The notes under the pieces: generated by a model | The model's input: the letters and a program-made list of their open reading frames with translations, nothing else | Databases searched by the model: none | Told to the model about the DNA's origin: nothing | Source: Octopus vulgaris | Taxonomy: Eukaryota | Assembly (NCBI GenBank): GCA_951406725.2 | Contig: OX597831.1 | Span: 83,142,001-83,206,000, forward strand | Reading direction: 5' to 3' | Length of the DNA stretch: 64,000 nt | Shown: positions 53,974 to 64,000 of the stretch, piece by piece | Numbering within the stretch: position 1 is the stretch's first letter | Layout of the letters: each line of letters opens with the position of its first letter | Program-made: the position numbers and the translations under genes

Positions 53974-55390
53974 TATATATATATATCAACATTACTAGTG
54001 TATTTTTTAACATCTTTTCAAATGAGACAGCAAGAGCTTCACTAAACAATGAATAAGTTTATGAGAGAATAGTTTACTCTGGTGGGGAAATAATGGCCGT
54101 GGGGTAGGGTGCTAAATTAACTTAACCATATCTTTGCTCCAGTTAACAATAGGGACTCTGTGTGGTTGCTAAAAATAATAGCCAAATTTCCCTCTGCTGT
54201 CATATTAGATATTATAGTCCTAGGTTCTTTGTACACAGGAGTAAGATGTGAAGGCCATAGCTGGAATACTTTTGATTGCAGGTCAACTGGCTCAAGACTG
54301 ACCTAGTGTTAAACAACAACATAGCCTCAGTATCCCTTAAATTTTTGATATCACAAATGACAATAAGAAAAGCATTAAACTACAAAATCAAAATTGTTGA
54401 AGACTGGAAATGTCACCATTTTAGAAAACATCCAAGAAATTCTAAGAAAAAAATTGGAAAATAAATTTTAATTTCATAAAAAAGTAACATAAGATGTATT
54501 TTTAGACATAATTTAATGGAGATAATTCTTGCATTCAAAAGAATAGGAAGAATAACCATATTTTACACTTCTTTTTTTTCATTCTTCTTTTACCATTTCT
54601 CAAAAGGTAAAACATAAATCTCTAATATTTTAGACTTAATTTAGTAAAATCAATTATTCTGCTGGCCACCACCACCACCACCACCACCACCATTACTACT
54701 GCCATCAATACCATCACTACCACCACTACTGTCGCTGCCACCACCCCAACAACTTCCACCATCGCCACCACCAACAACAACCTCACCAATGAAATAACTA
54801 AATAATTAAAAGAGCTGGAATTTGAGATATCAAAGCTGTTACATAGTTTGATGACTGTGATAAAGGGAATGGCATAGCAGAGAGATAATTAGTAGTTCTG
54901 AGTTAATTAAATCTAATGAGCAGAGATGAGCTGAAAAGACATCTGGAAATGAAGAAACATATCAAATGTTAGTTGAAATTAAAAGACTAGAAAAATGGTG
55001 ACACACAGACAAAAGAGATCAACCAGTAATTAAAGCAGGTGGTTATGGGCAGAGGGAGACTTACAAGAGTGTGTGTGTGTCTCCATTGAATGTAATAAAT
55101 ACCATGCTATTTGCAGACTGTGGGCCGACTTTGTCTGATAGTCTACACAATTCCACATTTTGTTCAAAAACACAAACTCAACTAAAAACTAATACCTTGT
55201 CAAATATTAAATTTTAATTTAGCCAAAATTTTTAGAATTTCTCATAAAAAAGTTGACCTAATTTTGTTTGTAAACTAAAAGGTCACCATTTACAAGTTAC
55301 AAAAGGTCACCATCTATGAGTTACATTAGGTTGACATGAGTTACAAAAGGTCACTACTTATTTGTTGACTCTGTACTGTACAACTTTTAT

Positions 55391-55775
55391 CATTTACTTG
55401 TTTCAGTTATAAGACTGCAGCCATGCTGGGGCACCATGTTGAAGAATTTTTAGCTGAATGAATTGACCCCCTTTTTTTGTTTTTGTAAAGCCTGGTACTA
55501 ATTCTATTCATATTTTTTGCCAAACTGGTAAGTTATGGGGGCATAAACACACCAATGCTGGTTGTCAAATTATGGTGGGGGACAGACACAAACATACACA
55601 CACACATATATATACACAATGGGTGTCTTTCAGTTTCCGTCTGCTAAATCCACTCACAAGGTTTTATTCAGGCTGAAGTTATGGTAGAAGACACTTGCCC
55701 ATGATGCCATGCAGAGGGATTGAATCTAGAACGATGTGGTTGGGAAGCAAGCTTCTTACCACACAGCTATACCTG
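55391..55775 (-). mobile_element. tRNA-derived SINE (same family as 18711), older copy
   Basis: TACTTGTTTCAG..GCCATGCTGGGGCACC..CAGTTTCCGTCT..AAATCCACTCACAAGG..CTTACCACACAGC. Confidence 0.85.
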
Positions 55776-56384
55776 TAGAGAACTACACTGGGTTTCTTCC
55801 CAGGTCTGTTACAATAGCAAGTAGGTGATGGGAGTCTCCTTAGAGGAGAATTCATTGGCCAACAAGTAGTAACATTGTATACAAAGTCAGGCTGACATCC
55901 TCGCCAGTTCCCATGTTTGGAATGGTACAACTGTTTTACACACAGACATCCCAGACTGGAGCAACTAACTGACATAACAGTCCCTCCCTGACACAATGCA
56001 CTGGGCACAACACATTGATATGGGTTTCCCTTCCTTCCCTCTCCAATACAGTCTCACCTCTTGTTGCAACTGTGCTGTCTCCTTTCTCTATCCTTTTCTA
56101 ATGATATTATAATGGCCTCTAGTCCACAAAGCTAGAGGGCACCATCTCCACTCAGTCACTCCTCACGGATACATCTTCCTCCTCATGTCATCTGTATAGT
56201 TTCTACCCAACCTGGCCCTCCTACTCTGACAGCAACAACCAGTCCTTCCATCCAAGAGTATTGTTTTTTCCCCTTCCAATTTGTAACTGTTCCAAATGAA
56301 CACAAATGGTGTTGGTCTCACTGATCACAAAGCATCTGGAAAAGTCATAGGCACAGTCTAGTCATTCACACAAAACTAATAATA

Positions 56385-56597
56385 ATACTTTTTACTATAG
56401 GCACGAGGCCTTAAATTTGGAGGAGAGGGATAGTCGATTGCATCAACCCCAGGCCTCAACTGCTACTTATTTTATCGACCTCGAAAGGATAAAATGCAAA
56501 GTCAACCTCGGCAGAATTTGAACCCAGAATGTGAAGACAGACAAAACACTGCTAAGCATTTTGGCCAGCATGCTAATGGTCCTGCCAGCCTGCCACT

Positions 56598-56647
<50 letters not shown>

Positions 56648-57049
56648 TAGAATAATAAAGCTTTCGAATTTTGGCACAAGGCCAGCAGTTCTTGAGGGGA
56701 GAAGTAAGTAGATTACGCTGACCCCCAGTACTTGCTCTTGAAAGGATGAAATGCAAAGTCAATCTTGATGGAATTTGAGCTCAGAACACAGAGACTGATA
56801 AAATGCCACTGAGTATATTGTCCAGTGTGCTAATGATTTCGTCAGGTCACCTGTAATAATCCTAATGGTTTCAAATTTTGGCACAAGGCCAGGAATTTTG
56901 GGTTAGTGGGTTATGTTGATAACATCAACCCCAGAGCTTGACTGATTCTTATTTCACTGACCCTCAAAAGGATAAAAAGCAGTATTTGAACTCAGTCTAT
57001 ATAAACAGGTGAAATGCTTTTTGTCCAGCATGCTAACAATTCTGCCACC

Positions 57050-57118
<69 letters not shown>

Positions 57119-57300
57119 TTAGACACAAGGCCAGCAGTTTTGAGGGGAGTGGGAGTAAATCAATAATACTGACCCCAGTACTTAACTGATATTTTATTTT
57201 TACCAACCTTGAGAAGATGAAAGGCCAAGTTGTTGATGGAACAACTCTAAACATCAAAAGTAGGAACAAATGCTGAAGGACAATTTTTCCAGAACTGATA
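56385..57300 (-). mobile_element. Cluster of four same-orientation (ATT)n-tailed SINEs separated by (TAA)n
   Basis: GGCAC.AGGCC starts near 56400, 56673, 56880 and 57122; (TAA)n at 56599-56657 and 57050-57116. Confidence 0.85.
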
Positions 57301-59077
57301 AATGGCAAGAAGTTAGGGGGGAGGGGATTTGCTAAATAAAGCTTTTAATATAATTATGCTGTCTGAAATGAAAAGAAATGCTATAGAAAGCTCGTCACTG
57401 TTCTCACCTGATCGTTGAACAGCCTTATTGCTAATTCATTAATTACCTGCAGTCATTGGTTAACTAAAAGCACCTTGGTCACTGAAAGAACAACTATTGT
57501 CACAGATATTTTAGACGTTTAAAAAGAAATGCTCCTCACAGACAGTTTCTTTGTAGTCCTGTGTATTTTGGTAATAAAACCCATTTGATATTCTTTAACA
57601 AATATCCTCTGCTCATATTCTAGGTTCTTACAAAAATGTTTATAATTGGTGATCTAGAAACCAACACTGGAAATATTTAGTAGAGAAATGATTACAAGGA
57701 TAATGATTAAAGTGGTGGTGGTAGTGGTGGTGGTGGTGGTGGTAGAGAGAGTCATGACAATGATGATGATGATGATGGTGAAGAAGTCAATGGAAGAAGG
57801 TTTCTATGGTTTAATGATGAAAAATGAATGACTTTTTCTTTCTTTATATATATTTGATTGAGAAAACTTGGGAGCTACTTGTTGAAGGGTTTCTGTACCA
57901 GGGTACAAATGTAAAAAAAGACAGGATGAAAGAGACAGAGAATGAAAAAGAGAGATGGAGAGGAGGAGGAGGAGGATAAAAGGAGAAGAAAACAAAAAGG
58001 TAATTAAATTATGAAACATTTCATAAAGGAAGAAAAAAAAAAACGGTGCAGTTATTGTAATTCTTTGTCAATTTAACAGCCATTTACCATTCTCATATAT
58101 TTCAAACAAGTGGATTTGTTAAAGCAAAAATTTTAATCACTTTTCTTTAAAAAATTTTTTTTTTCCTCTGATGCCAAGCATTGTCACAAAATGGCAGAAA
58201 GTGATTTTTCTTTTGTGACAACACATTAAATAAAATGCCACTCTGAAGATTATATTTTAATTCTCCATTCTCTTTTACTAACCATCATATGGCCCTTCAT
58301 TATTTTGCAACATTAAATGAGGAATCTCCCCACCACCCACCCACCTGCACTCTGTCCTCTCTCTCTCTCTCGACATTAATATTCTACACGAAACCATTTG
58401 ACAAATTTATCACGAGTAATAACCAGTGTAAAAGACATTCTTTGTCGATGCACCACTGATAAAAATCTCATGCAAGTTCTGACAATGCCATCAATCATTG
58501 CTAAATACCATCATTGGATAAAAATTGTTTATTAGAAACCAATCAATATATTTATCATTCAATTTCCGGAATTCCACAGAACTAAAACAGAGACAATAGC
58601 AAAAGAAAAAAAAAAATGAAAAAAGAAACCAGCTAAAAACATGTAAAGTTATTCTCTGGTGGAATATTGTTGTCCATGTATTTTTATTTTGATTTATTGT
58701 TTCCAGTTGAGAAAATTGTGCCAAACAGGAAGAAACAAAAATAAAAAATTTAATATAGTTTGTTTTATTCCATGTATAAGAATTTTCTAACTCAACAATT
58801 ATCAACAGCAAACATTAATTTATGCGTTGGTGAGGGTACATGGGTGTAAATTGATTAACAACCCTAATGCAGCCAACTGCATCCAAGTCCGAGTTTAAAG
58901 GTGACCCTGAACTGAACAAAATACCAAAATACTCTTCAATGATACATAGTGTAACCTATTTACAACTAAGTAGACTGAATCAACAAAACTTAAATGTCTT
59001 TGTTATGGCTATTATTGTGAACCTTATTCCATTATCTGCAAAAACAAACACGGCTAAACACTGACATGTTGATGTCA

Positions 59078-59263
59078 AATTTTGGCACAAGGCCAGCAGT
59101 TTCAGAGGAGGGGATAAGTTGATTAGATCAACCCCAATATTCAACTGGTATTTATTTTATTGACCCCATGAAAGGATGAAAGGTAAAGTCAACCTTGGCG
59201 GAATTTGAACTCAGAATGTAAAGACAGAAGAACTACTGGCGTGCTAATGATTCTGCCAGCTTG
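59078..59263 (-). mobile_element. (ATT)n-family tRNA-derived SINE
   Basis: AATTTTGGCACAAGGCCAGC..GAATTTGAACTCAGAA..TTCTGCCAGC. Confidence 0.85.
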
Positions 59264-59519
59264 CTAAACACTGGTCTTCAGTTTCTCTATTTTAAGAAAT
59301 GTGAAGAAGATGGTGCAGGTGAGAGGAGAGACTGTCACTTCTCACCTGAAAGATACAAAATGTGAATTAAGCGAAATGGTTCAACCAAGGATTGAAACTG
59401 CATCATAAACAGTTCTCAGGTGTTTACCACATCTCTACTACAATAGACATATACAATAAACAAAAACTATTTTCTAAAGTATTTCAACCTTGTCATGATT
59501 ATTAATAAAACAGAGTAAC

Positions 59520-59739
59520 AAATAGATTTTCAAACTTTTTGCTGGAGTGGAACCCCAAGGAAGCATTCCACTGACTCGAGGAACCCCTGTGCAATAATTT
59601 AATAGTCTTATGCACACATATCTGCACAGGAAAATTAAAAATTACTGCCGATTTTAACAGTTTTGTAACTTCTTGCGGAACCCCTGGACTGTACTGGCGA
59701 AACCCTAAGGTTCCGCGGAATCCTGATTGAAAACCACTG
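59520..59739. mobile_element. hAT/Charlie-like MITE
   Basis: Right end TTGAAAACCACTG followed by ATTTAGAC; repeated GGAACCCC subterminal motifs; left TIR degenerate. Confidence 0.55.
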
Positions 59740-60134
59740 ATTTAGACCACTTTAAAATAATCCTTCAGTTGGCCCCTCTTTTCACCTCATTATTGTTTTT
59801 ATTCCCCCACATAAATCATGACCTGTCTTTGTGATAACCCCTTCACCAAATGCCCCAGTGGCAAATAAAAGAAATCCTTCTTGCTGTTGTTGTTGTTTTC
59901 ATAAGGACAGTGGACTGACCATAAAATTGACATATCAGAAAAAATGCTGTGAAGTATAACTTGTGGCTCTTTCTGTCCTGAAATCAAATCCCACCAAGAC
60001 TAACTTTGTCTTTCATTCTTCCAGGGGTCAATAAAATACATTATAAGTCTTCTTGATCTGAGTTAAAGTAATCAACTAAGCCCCTCTCCTCAAAATTGCA
60101 GCTGTTGTGCCTCAATTAGAAACCTTTATCATAG

Positions 60135-60686
60135 GGTGAGAGAGTGGCACATGTCCTCAAAGTGACAATGGGGTGCAAATATTCGAAGCCCAATATACCA
60201 ATCATGACTACCCGTCTGATAAGGGTACACTAGGCACATACATCACAACCATGTATGCAACATGGTGACCTCATAAGCTTAAACAGTGCATGACCTTGTA
60301 GATGTGGTCCAATTAGAATTCACATCAGGTCAAGTAGCCCATCCCACTCAAAAGGTCCCTGAATAAGGGTTGTTTAAGGATGTTGAACAAAACACACATG
60401 TTTCCAGAGGTGAATTATTCAAACCCCAAAGAATTCCTCTTAACACATGGCTACAATGTTCTCCCACTATTTCTGTTCATGATCAGAGATTGCACATATT
60501 GTCAGCCACCAAGGGACATGCTCAACTGGTGATGGTCATGCAACTGACAAGCAAAACTGTGATATTGAGCAGAATATTTGCTGTAGGCCATCTTTTATAC
60601 CAAGACAAAACATGAACATGACAGCACTTCCAATCAGTTAAGATCAAAAGCCATGAGAGCCACTACCAGGTATTACATCAGGGCAT
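60135..60686 (-). mobile_element. Non-coding interspersed repeat, ~550 bp (longer copy of 33898-34200)
   Basis: Collinear similarity with 33898-34200; abuts TATTATT. Confidence 0.8.
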
Positions 60687-61427
60687 ATTATTATTTCTCT
60701 TTATCACAGATTTTGTTGGAGCACCTGGAGTCTTACATGCACAGCAGACTTACTACCTGCAGCCTACGGCACCATGCTATTCATTCTTTTCAGTTATCTA
60801 ATACTGTCCTGATTATTCTGGCTATGCCAAGGAAGCAATCCTTTTGTAACAGTTCCACAGGGCACTCTATTCCAATTTCCTTTATATTCCTCTTGATGCC
60901 TTCTGGTACTGTTCCCCAAGGATCCAACAATAATTGGCACTATCGTCACCTTCTTCATTTTCCACAGCCGGGCTATTTCGTACTTAAGAGGGTTGTATTA
61001 TTTATCTTTTTGCTTTCCTTCTTGACTATTCGTGGGTCAGAGGGGTACGCAACATCAACTATATATATCACATGTGGTGCACCTTGTCCACCACCACTAG
61101 GTCCAGTCTGTTATGCTTTAGCACCTAATCTGTTTGGACTGGGAAATCCCAGAGGATTTTGCTTGTCTCTGACTCCACCAGTGTCTGAAGTTGGTGCTCA
61201 TACCACGTCTTGCCTCTCTCTAGCCCCTACTTTTCACACAGTTTCCAATGCAGCACTTTTCCTACCTGATCATGTTGCCACAACTTGTAGTGGTTTTGGG
61301 CAAGTCTAGGGCATTTGTTCATGATATGGGCAATTATTTCATCCTCTCTAATGCAGATGTGCCACAGCGGAGACACTTGCTCATTCCTAAGGTTGACTCC
61401 CCAGTTTGTGGCCAAAGCTTGGTCTTG

Positions 61428-61430
<3 letters not shown>
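60687..61430 (-). mobile_element. Second R4/Dong-type family, 3' fragment (CCHC + RLE)
   Basis: QDQALATN..C..E.IAHIMNKC..HDQVGKVLHWKLC; further manual reading gives KILWDFPVQTD, IVDVA.P, IVPIIVGSLG, LQK..LG.ARIIR.VL. Confidence 0.85.
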
Positions 61431-61459
<29 letters not shown>

Positions 61460-61779
61460 CCACCATCATCACCACCATCATCATCATCATCATCATCATT
61501 ATTATTATTTTGATACCTAGAGTGTTACCTGTCATATGGCACATAACTTTGGATGTATGCTTTTGCCAGCAAATCAGGAAACATCATATCGTATACACAC
61601 AATAATTAGAATTTAACTTTCATCAAATTTCTAGGGGCTTATTACAAAACGATGAAATGAATATTAATTCTCAAAAGAAAAATATTTATTACCTTCAAAT
61701 GAAATTATATAAACAATGTTAAAGAAGTCAAATGAAATTGAAAACAAAATTATTCTTCGTGTTGATTTTATATGATGGA

Positions 61780-61816
<37 letters not shown>

Positions 61817-62959
61817 CTTCTCTCTCATATATATTCCCTATCCTCTCCTTCCTCCTCTTTATGATTCTCTCTCTCTCTAAATAACATTCATGTACCCATT
61901 GTCTGCCACCAAGTCTAGTATGTGCACTCATGCTGCACTGCTTATATCAACACTCTCTGTCTCTCTGTTTTACTCTCTCTGTCTCTCTCTCTCTAAAGCA
62001 TGACTAGAGAAATCAATCGACCAACATTTTTTATCAGCAATTATTACGTAGAGATTATTAACTTAGTTGTCTAATCAGTAAAGAGTCAACCAGTGAATTC
62101 TTTAAGCATGGCATTCTTCATCTGTGGTTAGGCTTTGAAGCCTTCTCAAGTAAGAACAGAGTTTTGTTCCTCAATATCAGAATATGTAGAAGACATTGTA
62201 AGTGAGAGGTGTTAACTGCCTCAAGCGACCTAGAAATATCTCGAAGAAAATGTAGTGGTTACTGCAGAAGTAAGCTAAAGGTGGTTGGTTTTGGGGGCAG
62301 GTTTCAATTTTTATTTGAACAAATTTTAATTCCTGGCCATCTCTAATTCCCTTGAGAAAGATATTGACAAGGGACAACTCTTTCTCTTAAAATTGGCTTC
62401 AGACAAGAGTTTGGCACAAGAAAAGGCTCCACTTGGCTGTTTTCTTCTTGCCACACTTCAGTGGGGAATAATCTTTAAGCAGCAAGAGGTTTTAGAACTA
62501 TTCTAGAGCAGGTTTGGAACTGAACTACAGTGTCTTCATGATGCTAATGTTTAAACATACACACGCATTAACATATACCCGTATACATTCAAACAGATAA
62601 GAATACACACATACATGCACACACGTACATGCACATTTAGAAAAGCCAATCCTACTTTTAGTTAATTCATGAGCATGGAAGCATTGGTGTTTAATTAATA
62701 ATGAATTTAAAGACTAAGCTAAAACAAGAACTGGATCTCAAAGAAATTATGCGAAAGAAATGAAAATTAATGATTTTCAATATCTTAAAGTAGAAAGCTG
62801 AAAATTTATTTAAAATATTAAGTGTGCAGATATATATATTTATATATATATATATCTGTAAATGTAATATGTGACAACTATTTGGTAGCCAAGATAAATT
62901 CCTCTATTTACATAATATCGAGGTCTCTTTCTTTCTTTTGTTATCTTACTGTTTTTATC

Positions 62960-62982
62960 AATATATATTCATATATATATAT

Positions 62983-63027
<45 letters not shown>

Positions 63028-63037
63028 TATATGCATA

Positions 63038-63075
<38 letters not shown>

Positions 63076-63145
63076 TATGTATGTGTATATATATATATAT
63101 ATATATACACATATATATGTATGTATATATATATATATATACATA

Positions 63146-63185
<40 letters not shown>

Positions 63186-63225
63186 TATGTATGTATATAT
63201 ATATATATATATATACATATATATG

Positions 63226-63262
<37 letters not shown>
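62960..63262. repeat. (TA)n/(TATG)/(TACA) compound microsatellite
   Basis: Direct reading. Confidence 0.95.
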
Positions 63263-63263
<1 letters not shown>

Positions 63264-63432
63264 AATTGAGATAGGGGTTGTAAATGCAACCCTCCATGGG
63301 ATAACATATATCCAATATACTGCTAGTGAAGTACCCAACAAAGTTAATACATAAATGTTAAGGATTGCGATGCAATCAATTTATTTACTGTATTATATGG
63401 GCAAAGGTAAACTGATTTACCTCAAATTACTA

Positions 63433-63964
63433 ATACAAGATAAGAAAATGGAGAAATGCATCTAAATCAAATATCAATTACCAGATAATACTCAATCACA
63501 TACTTTATTAAACCACCACATAAGAGACTGTAGGGTTAAACATAAAAAGTAGAACAAATCAGTGTACATAAAGGAATGTACATAAAAAAGTGTACATAAA
63601 AGAGTAATGTTGTATAATAAGTAGAATATATATAAAAAAGAGAATATAAATATAAGTGAATATAAATATAAGTATAGATTGCATCTTACAGCTGTTTTGG
63701 CTGAAACAGCTGTAAGATGCAATCTATACTTATATTTATATTCACTTATATTTATATTCTCTTTTTATATATATTCTACTTATTATACAACATTACTCTT
63801 TTATGTACACTTTTTTATGTACATTCCTTTATGTACACTGATTTGTTCTACTTTTTATGTTTAACCCTACAGTCTCTTATGTGGTGGTTTAATAAAGTAT
63901 GTGATTGAGTATTATCTGGTAATTGATATTTGATTTAGATGTATTTCTCCATTTTCTTATCTTG

Positions 63965-63967
<3 letters not shown>
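63433..63967. repeat. 535-bp near-perfect palindrome centred at ~63700 on ACAGCTGTTT-TGGCTG-AAACAGCTGT
   Basis: Arms of ~265 bp differ by about one substitution and one homopolymer indel; the mirrored ORFs 63492-63722 (-) and 63679-63908 (+) reflect the symmetry. Confidence 0.97.
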
Positions 63968-63997
<30 letters not shown>

Positions 63998-64000
63998 GCA

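Noticed and set aside
60653-61309. 218-aa plus-strand ORF
   Set aside because: Antisense shadow of the minus-strand Dong RLE fragment

Overview
Repeat-saturated, AT-rich eukaryotic non-coding DNA, most likely an intron or intergenic region of an octopus (inferred from OR-like tRNA-Arg SINEs, RTE/Dong/Penelope content and dense TA/CA/GA/TAA/GAT microsatellites). I can support no host protein-coding exon; nearly all tracked ORFs are microsatellite read-throughs or TE remnants. The large elements are a Tx1/L1 LINE (1-2720, minus, 5' end abutting a (TC)n tract), Penelope-like fragments with a degenerate minimal hammerhead ribozyme (14960-16770), a near-complete R4/Dong-type RLE LINE in (TAA)n (28026-31820), a mariner carrying a SINE that itself carries a piggyBac MITE (35478-38172), an RTE LINE with a PHD-like insert (41105-42430), a two-5'-end mariner derivative (49640-50515) and a young CR1-like LINE (50787-53603). 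The most unusual signal is a set of microsatellite-embedded palindromes (19189-19313, 63433-63967) whose symmetry axis lies just 5' of the hammerhead half-motif GAAAC-N4-GTA. This suggests Penelope-derived fold-back elements that invert at ribozyme stem II. All family assignments are from motif recognition by eye, and TE boundaries are approximate.
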